A stretch of 64,000 nt of DNA from Nitrospirota bacterium (GTDB lineage: Bacteria > Nitrospirota > UBA9217). The notes under the pieces are model-generated. The model ran no database searches and had not been told where the DNA came from. It was given only the letters and a program-made list of their open reading frames with translations. Where the stretch lies: assembly GCA_963749655.1 (NCBI GenBank), contig CAVVOB010000015.1, forward strand, positions 1 to 64,000, written 5' to 3'. Below are positions 42,742-53,028 of this stretch, in pieces; the first letter of the stretch is position 1; every line of letters begins with the position of its first letter. The position numbers and the translations under genes were made by a program.

Positions 42742-44571
42742 ATGTGCGGCATCGTCGGCTACGTGGGTAAGACCGGATCGCTCCAGGTGATTCTGGAAAG
42801 CCTCAAGAGACTGGAATACCGGGGATACGACTCGGCCGGTATTGCATTTCAGAATGGACACGGTCTCGAGATCTACAAGACGAGAGGAAAGCTGAAGGAC
42901 CTCCAGAAAATCCTTCCCGATCTTACTCGGGAGGTCCGGATCGGCATCGGCCATACGCGATGGGCCACGCACGGTGCGCCTTCCCTCAAGAACGCCCATC
43001 CGCACGTCGTCGATGGAATCGCCGTTGTGCACAACGGCATTATCGAAAATTACCGTGAGCTGAAGTCCGAACTTGAGCAGGAAGGCCGCCGGTTTCTTTC
43101 TGAAACCGACACCGAAGTCGTGCCTCAATTGATCGCGAAATACGTAACAGACGGGTATTCGATCAGGGATGCCATCCGGGAAGCTGCGGCGAAACTGCGC
43201 GGGACCTTTGCCCTGGGCATCATGAGCGCAAAGCATCCCCGCCTGCTCTTTGCGCTCAGAAGAGGCAGCCCCCTCGTCGTCGGCGTCGGCACGGACACGT
43301 ATTACTTTGCTTCGGATATTCCGGCCCTCCTTCCGTATACCCGGAAGTTCATCTTCCTGGAGGACGGCCAGATCTGCACCCTCAGCGATGATTCAATGGC
43401 ATTTCATCTCCTCGACTCCGATGCGGCAGTTCCCTGCCGGAGCGCAGCCGTGGACATCGACTGGTCGCCCGCCATGGCAGAAAAAGCGGGACATCCTCAT
43501 TTCATGCATAAGGAAATCTACGAACAGCCCGCTGCCGTCAGGGCCACGCTCGGTGAGCGGTTGGCTGATCCCCGGGGATTTCTCCTGAACTTGGGGATCC
43601 GGCATCAGCGAAAAACGGACCTTGCCCGACTGCACATTGTTTCCTGCGGAACGTCCTATCATGCCGGTCTCATCGGGAAGTATCTGATCGAACGGCTTTC
43701 CCGGATCCCCGTCAGCGTCGAGTTCGCATCGGAATACCGCTACCGGGACCCCGTCATCGGTGAGGGTACCCAATTCATCGCCATCACGCAGTCCGGCGAA
43801 ACAGCCGACACCCTTGCCGCCCAGCGCGAGGCAAAACAAAAGGGCGCGCGCATTTTGACGATCTGCAATGTCGTCGGCAGCACATCGACCCGGGAGGCCG
43901 ACGCGGTCCTCTATACGCGAGGCGGCCCCGAGATCGGCGTGGCCTCGACCAAGACCTTCACCACGCAGCTGGCTGCATTGTCGCTGATCGCTCTCGGCCT
44001 CGGCTACGGACGCAACTGCCTGGACCAGGAAGCACTGCACGCCTTGCAAAACAGCCTTGCGGCCATTCCCGACCTTATTGAAAAGACGCTGAAGCTCGAC
44101 GACAAGATCGCAGCGCTGGCCCGGATTCTGGCGCCGGCCCGTGATTTTCTCTATCTGGGCCGCGGCATCAATTATCCCATCGCGCTCGAGGGCGCGCTGA
44201 AACTCAAGGAGATATCATACATTCATGCCGAAGGGCATCCCGCCGGCGAGATGAAACATGGCCCCATCGCGCTCATAGAACAGGGACTTCCCGTGGTGGT
44301 CGTTGCCCACTCGAACGATCTCTTTGACAAGCTCTATTCTAATGTCGAAGAGGTCAAAGCACGGAACGGACGGATCATTGCAATAACGGACGCGCCGGAA
44401 GCTTTTGCGGGAAAAGCTGACGATATCATCGAAGTGCCGTCCGCGCATCCGCTTTTTGCTCCTTTCCTGTTTGCCGTTCCGCTTCAGCTCCTCGCCTATC
44501 ACATCGGGGTCCAGCGCGGGTGCGATGTCGACCAGCCGAGAAATCTTGCAAAAAGCGTGACCGTGGAATAG
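42742..44571 (+). CDS. glmS: glutamine--fructose-6-phosphate aminotransferase
   Basis: MCGIVG, LEYRGYDSAG, GHTRWATHG, SGETADT, PRNLAKSVTVE. Confidence 0.97.
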   Translation: MCGIVGYVGKTGSLQVILESLKRLEYRGYDSAGIAFQNGHGLEIYKTRGKLKDLQKILPDLTREVRIGIGHTRWATHGAPSLKNAHPHVVDGIAVVHNGIIENYRELKSELEQEGRRFLSETDTEVVPQLIAKYVTDGYSIRDAIREAAAKLRGTFALGIMSAKHPRLLFALRRGSPLVVGVGTDTYYFASDIPALLPYTRKFIFLEDGQICTLSDDSMAFHLLDSDAAVPCRSAAVDIDWSPAMAEKAGHPHFMHKEIYEQPAAVRATLGERLADPRGFLLNLGIRHQRKTDLARLHIVSCGTSYHAGLIGKYLIERLSRIPVSVEFASEYRYRDPVIGEGTQFIAITQSGETADTLAAQREAKQKGARILTICNVVGSTSTREADAVLYTRGGPEIGVASTKTFTTQLAALSLIALGLGYGRNCLDQEALHALQNSLAAIPDLIEKTLKLDDKIAALARILAPARDFLYLGRGINYPIALEGALKLKEISYIHAEGHPAGEMKHGPIALIEQGLPVVVVAHSNDLFDKLYSNVEEVKARNGRIIAITDAPEAFAGKADDIIEVPSAHPLFAPFLFAVPLQLLAYHIGVQRGCDVDQPRNLAKSVTVE

Positions 44572-44592
44572 AGCGGCCTGAGAGGGGGACCT

Positions 44593-44811
44593 ATGGACGG
44601 GATGTGGTTCAAACGGTGTCCTCAATGTAACAACTACATGCGGAAAACGGATCCGACGGAATCCTGCATGTGCTGCGCCTGTGGATGGGAGGAATATACT
44701 TCCGCGTTCTACTGCGAAGTAATCCACAACTACTGCACCAGTACGCACGCTGCCGCCGGAGGAAGAGCCATTCCTTCTTTTCCTGAAGGAATGTCAGCGG
44801 TCCGTTCCTGA
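44593..44811 (+). CDS. small zinc-ribbon protein
   Basis: GAGGGGG RBS; CPQC-x14-CCAC. Confidence 0.55.
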   Translation: MDGMWFKRCPQCNNYMRKTDPTESCMCCACGWEEYTSAFYCEVIHNYCTSTHAAAGGRAIPSFPEGMSAVRS

Positions 44812-44943
44812 GAAGGTACTATCGGCGTCAAAGAATCCAAGGGCGGGCGCAGGACGCTGCGACGCCGCGATTCTGAAAGCAGGGTCATCCCCTTTTCTGA
44901 GGTTGCGGAACGTTTCGTCCTCACCGGGCCTCAAAGCCGTTGG

Positions 44944-47013
44944 ATGCATCATGATCGGAGCAGGACAAGGAAAGACGACGGAGGGTTTGTGTTGAACGAA
45001 ATGAAAGGCGACCGCCTGCCGGACCTCTTCAGGACCGCCACGCTGCAGGACTATTTCGCCACCTTGTCCGAAAGTCTCGGCTTCCATCTGAGCGTCTACT
45101 CTTCGAAGGGAGAGCGGATATTCGTCCCCCGGGGCAAGTATCACCTGTGCCAGCGGCTCCGCGACACAGCCCCGGGATTCCCGGACCACTGCGACAGCTA
45201 CTGCCGCCCGTTCCTGATGAAGACGCTCGCCACGGGCAAACCTGACGTGTTCACCTGTTACACAAAGATCGTGAGCTTCGCCCTTCCCATAGAATATCTC
45301 GACGAAAAGGCCGTGATCCTGGGACAGGGTTCCTTTGCCACGCAGCAGGACTATCATGACGGCATGAAAATAGCGATGGACGCAGGTCTCGACGCAGTGC
45401 AGACCGAGCCATACGTTTATACCACGCTCGCCAAAGCCTGGGACGTCTGCGGTTTTGTCGATGAATCCATCCGGACGGTCCTGAAAAGCTGCCGGGAGGC
45501 TTCCGCTCTGAGAAAAGAATTCGACACCATGAAGCGGGCCATCGGTTCATGGAGCACCGCGGCCGGAGAACGTCCGGAAACGCTTTATCGGCAGCTGGTT
45601 CAGGACCTTTCCACCCTGATCCACAGCGACGGCATCGCCGTATTCATGCTGGACAGGAAACAGGGCAGGTTCACGGCACTGTCCGATCATGCAAAAGGCA
45701 ACGGGACGTCGGGTGATATCAGCATCAGTGAAGACGGTGAGATCGCCCAGAGTTTGAGCTCCGGGAAGCCTTTCGTGTTCTCGCTGGGCCCCCTGCCGCT
45801 GCCGGACGCAAACCGCCAGGAACGCCAGGGAGGTCTCTATTTCTTCCCGGTCATCGCAAACAACAGGCTGGAAGGCATCCTGTGCATCGCCGCCCGGGAC
45901 CTGGCAGAAACGGAAACTCAGATCATCACGGTCTTCTGCCGCAAGACCGCTCTTTCCATGGAGAACCAGCGTCTGCACCAGGAGCTCTATCGCAAATTCG
46001 AACGGTTCGCCGCCATAGCGGACGTCACGAAGTCCATAACGCAGATCACGGATTTCAGCACGCTGCTCCGGACCATCCTCGATGAGTCGGCCAGTCTGCT
46101 CAAGGCCGAGCAGGGCTCCTTGATGCTCATTGACCGCGAGACCGACGATCTTCTCCTTTCGGCAAAGAAAGGCATCGTCGACGGGGTAACGGACAAACTC
46201 CGGATCATTCGGGGCGAAGGCATTGCGGGCAGGGTGGCGGAATACGGCGAGGCCATCCTGGTCGAGGACGTGGAGAACGACCCCCGGACCAGGCAGAAGA
46301 ACAGGAGCCACTACAAGACCCGTTCGTTCGTAAGCGTGCCGATCAAGATCGAGGACCAGATCATCGGCGTGCTCAATCTTTCCGACAAGACATCGGGAGA
46401 AGCGTTCGATGAGGAGGACCTGAAACTCATCCAGTCCTTCACGACCCATGCAGCTGTTGTCATGGACCGGAACATCTTTCAGAACAAGACCGAGGTGCTC
46501 GAGAAGCTGTCCATTACCGATCCTCTGACCGGCCTCATGAACCGGCGTTATCTCAACGAACGTTTGAAGCGCGAGCTGGCCAGGGCTGAACGCCATGGGC
46601 ACCATCTGAGCCTGCTGATGGTAGACATAGACGGATTCAAACAGTGCAACGACACCTTCGGCCATCCCTTCGGGGACACCGTGCTCAGGAACGTGGCCGA
46701 CATCCTCACCAACACCGTCCGCACCATGGATATCGTCGCGCGCTGCGGCGGCGACGAGTTCATTGTGATCCTGCCCGAGACCGCCGAGCCCGTAGCCGTC
46801 GATATTGCTACCCGATTACTGCACAGCCTGGAGAAGAGCATCGAGGTCGCGGCGGGAGTGGCCGAAGGCAGTCACTATACGCTCACGGCCAGCATCGGCG
46901 TGGCCTGCTATCCCCAGGATGGGGAGTCCATGGAGATCCTTCATGAGCATGTCGACCAGGCGCTCTACCGGGCGAAGAACAAGGGAAAAAACCGGGTGGA
47001 AGTGTTTCGGTAA
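44944..47013 (+). CDS. diguanylate cyclase, PocR-like + GAF + GAF + GGDEF
   Basis: TDPLTGLMNRR, DIDGFKQCNDTFGH..GD, RTMD I-site, GGDEF; Cys-bearing PocR-like N-terminus; start may be TTG 44992. Confidence 0.92.
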   Translation: MHHDRSRTRKDDGGFVLNEMKGDRLPDLFRTATLQDYFATLSESLGFHLSVYSSKGERIFVPRGKYHLCQRLRDTAPGFPDHCDSYCRPFLMKTLATGKPDVFTCYTKIVSFALPIEYLDEKAVILGQGSFATQQDYHDGMKIAMDAGLDAVQTEPYVYTTLAKAWDVCGFVDESIRTVLKSCREASALRKEFDTMKRAIGSWSTAAGERPETLYRQLVQDLSTLIHSDGIAVFMLDRKQGRFTALSDHAKGNGTSGDISISEDGEIAQSLSSGKPFVFSLGPLPLPDANRQERQGGLYFFPVIANNRLEGILCIAARDLAETETQIITVFCRKTALSMENQRLHQELYRKFERFAAIADVTKSITQITDFSTLLRTILDESASLLKAEQGSLMLIDRETDDLLLSAKKGIVDGVTDKLRIIRGEGIAGRVAEYGEAILVEDVENDPRTRQKNRSHYKTRSFVSVPIKIEDQIIGVLNLSDKTSGEAFDEEDLKLIQSFTTHAAVVMDRNIFQNKTEVLEKLSITDPLTGLMNRRYLNERLKRELARAERHGHHLSLLMVDIDGFKQCNDTFGHPFGDTVLRNVADILTNTVRTMDIVARCGGDEFIVILPETAEPVAVDIATRLLHSLEKSIEVAAGVAEGSHYTLTASIGVACYPQDGESMEILHEHVDQALYRAKNKGKNRVEVFR

Positions 47014-47077
47014 GGAATGAACCGCGGCGGAAAAAAAGGAGTGATTACGTTACGCAATCAAACGGCAACTTGCTCAT

Positions 47078-48460
47078 CTAGGCCTTTCTCATATAGTGGC
47101 AGTAAGGGCACCGCCAGGTTCTCGCCTCCTGGGCCCAATTCATCTTTTTATGGCAGACCGGGCACGGCTTCTTCTTGGTCGGAGGCTGGTGATGGGACGG
47201 TTTGGACGGATCGAAGACAGGATCTGAAACGGATGTGAATTCAGGCGCTCTCGTATGTTTGTTGTTCTCCTCGCTTTTGTCCTGAACTTCTTTGTCCTGG
47301 ACTTCGCCATTTGCCGACTCCTCGAATGCACAGACAAAGCATATCCACTTATTCTCACCACTGTAGAAGTCCATTCGTCCCCCGCACATGGAGCATTTCT
47401 TTTGAAATTCCGTGGACTGGGGCTCAATAGGCTCGGGGATTTCTATTTTCTGCTCGAAGACTCTCCGTTCTTCCTTTAATTCTTCGAATGCGCAGGAGAA
47501 GCACCTCCACTTGTTTTCACCACCGTAGAAGTCCATCCGCCCCCCGCACATGGGGCATTTCTTCTGAGAGTCCGCATACTGCGGCGCAGCAGGTTCCGGG
47601 ATTTCGATTTTCTGTTCGACGCTCCCTTGTTCGACGCTTTGCGGCTCGACGCTTCCCTTTTCCTCCTGTAATTCCTCGTGTGCACAGGAAAAACATCTCC
47701 ACATCCTCTCATTACTGTAGAAGACCATTCGGCCCCCGCACAGGGGGCATTTTTTCTGCAAGTCCGCATACTGCGGCGCAGAGGGCACGGGGCTTTCGCT
47801 CTTCGGCTCGACGCTGACCTTTTCCTGGACAGGAACATCACTTTTAACAGGCGCCCTGGGCGGAACCGGTTGAGAAGGTGCACTTTCAGCGTCGACTTCC
47901 GCAACTTTTTTATTGATATAGGTTATCTCTGCCGTAATCTCCGCGAAAAGCTGGCCCACTGCCCTCGAGACGAGGTCCACATCCTTTCCCCGTGTCGCCA
48001 TGCTGTTCAGGATCGCTTTTTCTTCGATCTCAAGCTGCCCTATCCTCTCCCGCAGTCTTGATATTTCGTCTTTTATCTCCCGCGATTTGGCTTCCATGAC
48101 CCTAAGATCATCCCGCCAGCCGGAAGAGGTGCCCATTAAGCCCTTTTCGAGTACTTTGAGCTCCGCCAGTTGATTGCTGACTGCCCTGACGATATCCTGC
48201 CGACTGAGCTTCACCGTCGTTGACAAGGCCTTGATTGCGGCATTATATCGCTGTTTTTCGTCAGGAATGATCTCCCGAAAAGATTCCACGAGTCCACGGA
48301 ATTTTCCGAATATCGTATCCTCACTATCAATCACCTTGTTTATTTCACCGCGGAGAAGGAGGATTTTGGCCTGTAGATCGTCGCCGTTCCTCGATGATGC
48401 AAAAAGGTCGGCGATTATCTGGGAAAGGATTACGTTCTGGTTTCTTTCTTCAGCGCACAT
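47078..48460 (-). CDS. coiled-coil protein with four C-terminal zinc-ribbon repeats
   Basis: KKCP.CGGRM.FY..E..W.CF.CA.EE three times plus KPCPVC..WRCPYC. Confidence 0.75.
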   Translation of the reverse strand: MCAEERNQNVILSQIIADLFASSRNGDDLQAKILLLRGEINKVIDSEDTIFGKFRGLVESFREIIPDEKQRYNAAIKALSTTVKLSRQDIVRAVSNQLAELKVLEKGLMGTSSGWRDDLRVMEAKSREIKDEISRLRERIGQLEIEEKAILNSMATRGKDVDLVSRAVGQLFAEITAEITYINKKVAEVDAESAPSQPVPPRAPVKSDVPVQEKVSVEPKSESPVPSAPQYADLQKKCPLCGGRMVFYSNERMWRCFSCAHEELQEEKGSVEPQSVEQGSVEQKIEIPEPAAPQYADSQKKCPMCGGRMDFYGGENKWRCFSCAFEELKEERRVFEQKIEIPEPIEPQSTEFQKKCSMCGGRMDFYSGENKWICFVCAFEESANGEVQDKEVQDKSEENNKHTRAPEFTSVSDPVFDPSKPSHHQPPTKKKPCPVCHKKMNWAQEARTWRCPYCHYMRKA

Positions 48461-48514
48461 TCATCTTCTCGCTTTAAAGCCTGATTTGATAATCCTCATT
48501 GGATCTTGAGGAAT

Positions 48515-48543
48515 ATGATAACATGGGATCCGGGTACGGTCAA
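48515..48543 (-). promoter_or_regulatory. sigma70-type promoter
   Basis: TTGACC-17-TATCAT with extended TG. Confidence 0.55.
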
Positions 48544-49086
48544 TGGTATAAGAAAAGGTCCTCTCTCTGCAAATCAGCTGCAAGTCCTGACAATTTGAAG
48601 CAGCCTAACCTTGCTCGCTCTGCCTTGTTCCAATCGGACTCACGGGATTATAAAATCGTACTTCTTCGTCAACTCTCTCTATCCATCGGCCCGCTTTCCG
48701 GGGACATGGCTAGGAAAAGGATTACCGATTTTTTCGGTTCTTCATTCTGCTTCTCATAGCATGAAAATACCACGTGATCAGCCCGATGTCCTTAAGTAAA
48801 AATTCGGCATGAAGTTTACAGCAATGCCAAATGCGATCGTTTGGCTTGAACGCTTCTGCCTCGTGTCGATTGGAAGGAAACCCTCCGGGAAAAACCAGAC
48901 TGCGGAATACGGAATGAACGCTGATCTGCTTCATGCAGGTCGATTATATTAGTTTGCAGCTTATTGTCAAGCAGCGTGTTTATACCCATCACGCAGGAAA
49001 CCAAATCGGAATGCAACCCGGGGATATCCCAGGCAAATGCAATTACAACAGCTTCAAGAAGTTGCAGCAATCGGCACTGCATTCAT

Positions 49087-49132
49087 TTATACACGGTCTC
49101 TGTTAAAAACCTGTGGTTAACTCTGTGGGTAA
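49087..49132. promoter_or_regulatory. cluster of four DnaA-box-like 9-mers
   Basis: TTATACACG forward; TGTTAAAAA, TGTGGTTAA and TGTGGGTAA reverse; each one mismatch from TTWTNCACA; reverse boxes at 11-12 bp pitch. Confidence 0.55.
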
Positions 49133-49427
49133 TAACCTATTGAATGCGGTTACAGTACCAATCATGAAAATTGCACAACATTTAGACAGCATTTCAATTT
49201 AATTTTCTGATTAATAAACTCAATAAGTTAGCCGCTGATGCAGAAACACGCGATTGTGCCTCTTAAGGTCTCCGAATGAAAAATTCAGCATGAACCATGA
49301 AGAAGTCTTACTGAAAAAAAACTTCAACCGATACAAGAAGTATTGCTGGTAAACGCATGATAATGGAAGTGGGATGCATTTCTCAATGACCATAAACCGC
49401 AGGATCCTGCTGCAAGCTAGAGCAACA

Positions 49428-49469
49428 TAAAAAAAAACAAAAAAGGCTGATAGATTCTCGTATCAGCCT
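49428..49469 (-). terminator. intrinsic terminator after tRNA-Arg
   Basis: Stem AGGCTGATA/TATCAGCCT followed by a long U tract on the minus strand. Confidence 0.8.
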
Positions 49470-49486
49470 CGAACTCTTTGATTTTA

Positions 49487-49563
49487 TGGTGCCCCTGGGG
49501 TGATTCGAACACCCGGCACGCGGTTTAGGAAACCGCTGCTCTATCCACCTGAGCTACAGGGGC
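49487..49563 (-). tRNA. tRNA-Arg(CCT)
   Basis: GCCCCTG..TAGCTCAGGTGGATAGAGC..GCGGT-TTCCTAA-ACCGC..GTTCGAATC..CAGGGGCACCA. Confidence 0.95.
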
Positions 49564-49568
49564 GTTGT

Positions 49569-49720
49569 AAATGCGGAATGTGGAATTCGGAATGCGGAAT
49601 TAGTGTCTGTAGGAAGTCGGTCCGGGAAAAATATGCTCCATAAAATTTTGAATTTCGGATTTGACTGCAGGAAAAACAAACAACAATAATTTCAGCACCT
49701 CAATTCGCAATCCGCAACTT
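49569..49720. repeat. degenerate heptamer repeats (AATGCGG-type) in inverted arrangement
   Basis: aatgcgg aatgtgg aattcgg aatgcgg at ~49570-49600, complementary attcgca atccgca at ~49700-49717. Confidence 0.55.
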
Positions 49721-49726
49721 AAAATT

Positions 49727-50696
49727 TTACAACATTCCTTCCAGATCGATCTTTTTCCGCTTCGTAATGGCCCGGAGCTTGTTGAGCGCCTGGGTCTCGA
49801 TCTGGCGGACGCGTTCGCGGGTGATGCCGAATTCCTTGCCGATGCTGTCCAGCGTCTTGGGCTCGCCGTCGGTCAAGCCCGAACCGCAGCTCGATGACCT
49901 TCCGCTCGCTGACCGAGAGCTGCTGGAGCCACTCGTCGATATGTTCGCGCCTGCGGATCTCGTCGGAGAAGCTGGCCGGCGACAGGGCATTGCTGTCCTG
50001 GAGGATGTCCTTGAGCGTGTCCTCTTCCTGGTCGCCGATGAGCATGTCGAGGGAGTAGGTCTCCCGCACGACCTGCGAGATGCTCCTCACCTTCTCCACG
50101 GTGACCTTCATCTTCTTGGCGATTTCCTCGATCTGCGGGTCGCGGCCGAGCGCCTGGGTGAGCTGGCGTGTCGCGCGCATGTAGGAATTGACGATCTCGG
50201 CGATGTGCACGGGCAGGCGGATGATGCGCGTCTGGTTGACGATCGCCCGTTCGATGGCCTGCTTGATCCACCACGACGCATAGGTGCTGAACTTGAACCC
50301 GCGCTGGTACTGGAACTTCTCCACTGCGCGGATCAGGCCGAGGTTGCCCTCTTCGATGACGTCGGAGAACTGAAGACCGCGGTTGATGTACTTTTTTCCG
50401 ATGGCGACGACGAGGCGCAGGTTCGCTTCGATCATCTTGGCGCGGGCTTCCTGGTCGCCCTGCTCGATCCGTTTGGCGAGTTCCTGTTCCTGCTCGAAGG
50501 TAAGAAGGGGGGTCTTCCGGATTTCCTTGAGGTAATACTTGATGGCATCGAGGCCCCTCTGGCCCGCGCCGCTGTCCGCTACGGATTCAGAGGATTCCCC
50601 GGTGGTTTCGGCCCTGCGCTCTTCCTTTTCTTCGCTTTCGTCTCCATAGGGCTCAGCGCCCATCAGATCATCAACGGACCGTTCGCGCTCACTCAT
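49727..50696 (-). CDS. rpoS: group 1/2 sigma-70 factor, RpoS-like; frameshift near 49877
   Basis: [56 protein letters not shown]; lacks region 1.1. Confidence 0.75.
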
Positions 50697-50893
50697 GGCC
50701 ACCTCGTGAAACGTCAACGTGAGGTCGCATAAAAGCCCCGATCCTGTGATCCTTCAGGATTGCGATTCTTGTTTTATCCGTATGTCCAAACCGGTTGACT
50801 ACCGTAATAACCTGCCCTCCCCTGCCCCGGCTCTCGATGATTGCTAATGAGCTGTTTACCATACCGGCGTGTTTCAGATGCGAGGGAAAATAA

Positions 50894-50971
<78 letters not shown>

Positions 50972-50982
50972 CGAGTCCTCAT

Positions 50983-51011
50983 ACTATACTAAAACTTTCA
51001 CTTCCTGTCAA
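50983..51011 (-). promoter_or_regulatory. sigma70 promoter of tRNA-Pro
   Basis: TTGACA-17-TATAGT. Confidence 0.7.
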
Positions 51012-52099
51012 CGGACATTCTTCCGTTTCGCAGCCGCGATAAAGTTGTCGAAGGCCTCCTGATAGTAGTCCTTTTTCTTTTTAATGACGGCAGGTACGCG
51101 CTTTTCGTACAGCTCCCGGCCTTCATCGATATCGGCCTTGAGCAGCTCGAAAAAGGTCCCGTTTTTGATACCTTCGATCACCGTTTCCTGGTTGTAGAGC
51201 GCCACGTCGGAAACGATGATGCGGGCGAAGCGGCGCGCCTTTTCCACGGCATCGGGGTCCGCTTCGTCGACGCGCGGTATGTCGCATTCCTCTTTCTGGA
51301 AGATCGAGCCGTCCAGACTGATGGATTCCGGCATGACCGCCGTGCTTTCTGCCGGCTCGGGTGCAGCCGCGCGCTGGGCCGCGCCGCGTTGGGGGCGCGG
51401 TCCCGCTGCTTCACGCTCCGGGGCGGGGGCCGGCGCATCGTGGCTGAGCAGCGATGACTCGAATTCGCGGGCCGGCGGCCGGGACATCTCGGGCAAGTCG
51501 GGCTGGAACAGATCCTTGGCTTTCGGAGCCGGCTCGACGTGCGATTCGGGAGAAATGAGCCTGCGCAGCTTGACCGTCAGATAGTCCGGGATATGATGTT
51601 TTTCGATGTAATCGTCGGCGCCGTATAGACTTGCGGGCGTCCTCTTGTAGCGCCGTGAATCGTAGACGGATGAAAGAAGGATGATCTTGACTCCTTTGGT
51701 CTGAGGATCGTTCTTCAATCGTTCGCAGAGCTCGAATCCGTATATTCCCGGCAGGCCGACGTCGACCACAATCGCCTGGGGTTTGCGTTCTGTCGCGATT
51801 TTCAAGGCTGTGACGCCGTCGGCGGCTTCCGCCACGTCAAAGCCCGCTTCGAACAGGACACTGGTAACCATGTTCCTGACAACCTCGCTGTCATGGGCGA
51901 TCAGGACAAGGTGGGCGGGCTTGCCCTTGACCGAAGGCGCGGGTTTTGGTGCAGCGGGCGCAGGCGCCGGGGTCGGGATCGGCGCGCTGGGCAGGGGCAG
52001 CACATTGCCGCAACGGGGACAGCGCACCTTTACCCGTTTGCCCGCGAGCTTGGCTTCATCGATCTTGAGTTTTGCGCCGCATTCACACGAAAGAATCAT
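51008..52099 (-). CDS. MJ0042-type zinc ribbon + response regulator receiver + Pro-rich linker + conserved helical C-domain
   Basis: CECG..VRCPRC; VVDVGLPGIYGFELC; EKARRFARIIVSDVALYN. Confidence 0.82.
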   Translation of the reverse strand: MILSCECGAKLKIDEAKLAGKRVKVRCPRCGNVLPLPSAPIPTPAPAPAAPKPAPSVKGKPAHLVLIAHDSEVVRNMVTSVLFEAGFDVAEAADGVTALKIATERKPQAIVVDVGLPGIYGFELCERLKNDPQTKGVKIILLSSVYDSRRYKRTPASLYGADDYIEKHHIPDYLTVKLRRLISPESHVEPAPKAKDLFQPDLPEMSRPPAREFESSLLSHDAPAPAPEREAAGPRPQRGAAQRAAAPEPAESTAVMPESISLDGSIFQKEECDIPRVDEADPDAVEKARRFARIIVSDVALYNQETVIEGIKNGTFFELLKADIDEGRELYEKRVPAVIKKKKDYYQEAFDNFIAAAKRKNVR

Positions 52100-52797
52100 A
52101 GATTGGTCGAACTCCTCCCTCCCCCGAAGGGAACGGTCCTGCGTTTAAATATCCCCACCAGTATGAGGCCGGCTACAAACCCGCCCACATGAGCGGCCCA
52201 CGCCACGCCGCCCTGGGACCCGCTTTCCACAAGTGCGTTCAGGAACTGAAGCACGAACCAGAACCCCAGCACGAACATGGCGGGGATCGGAACGGTCCGG
52301 ATGTAAAATCCGAACCAGATCAGCGTAACGACCCTCGCCCGGGGATACAGAAGCAAGATAGGCGCCGAGCACGCCGGAAATCGCGCCGCTCGCCCCGATC
52401 ATGGGAATGAGCGACGTCCGGTTCAGGAAAGCATGAGACATATGCCGCGGCCAGACCGCAGAGCACGTAGAATACGATGAACCGCAGCCTGCCCATGGCG
52501 TCTTCAATGTTGTTTCCGAATATCCACAGGTAAAGCATGTTGCCGGCGATATGAAGGATCCCGCCGTGCAGGAACATGGACGTGATCATCGTTATTGCCG
52601 GGGGAAGCGGTCCCGCAGACATGGCGACCGGCAGCGAAAAGCTTCGCGGGAACCAGCGCAAATGCCGCGACAAACCGGTCCCCGCCTGCCTGTCCCAGGC
52701 TCATCTCATATCCGAAAACCGCGACGTTCAGAGCGATAAGCGCCAGCGTGACTATCGGGAAGCGTTCTGTCGGATTGATGTCTCTTAAAGGGATCAC
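52096..52797 (-). CDS. rhomboid intramembrane serine protease, frameshifted
   Basis: IPLRDINP, SMFLHGG..HIAGNML..FGNNIED, IGASGAISG, AWAAHVGGF. Confidence 0.87.
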
Positions 52798-52915
52798 GCC
52801 TTGTCTCCCGGTACTTCCGCATTCCTGCTCCCTCACCGGCGCCTATCGGGTGCTCAGCACCGAATTATCCGGGGAGAAACCAAAGCGCTGCATCTGTCTT
52901 TCGGGCAGCGCTCTC

Positions 52916-52944
52916 AAGATACAAGAAAAAGCAGGATTTGTCAA
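52916..52944 (-). promoter_or_regulatory. sigma70 promoter upstream of the rhomboid gene
   Basis: TTGACA-17-TATCTT. Confidence 0.6.
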
Positions 52945-53028
52945 TAAAATGAAGGACTCGGAGGGCCTTTTCAGCGCCGCCGAGAAACAGCGGAGGGAGC
53001 TGCAGCGCAGTACTATTTCCCGTTTTTT

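Noticed and set aside
47078-47190. Two CxxCH motifs (CPVCH, CPYCH) as c-type heme sites
   Set aside because: No signal peptide, and both fall in the register of the zinc-ribbon repeat whose other copies lack His
48499-49082. Short ORFs in the AT-rich gap
   Set aside because: Overlapping, no recognisable RBS or motifs; treated as non-coding
48460-49563. Integrative element at tRNA-Arg
   Set aside because: No integrase and no duplicated tRNA 3' end seen; a normal terminator follows the tRNA
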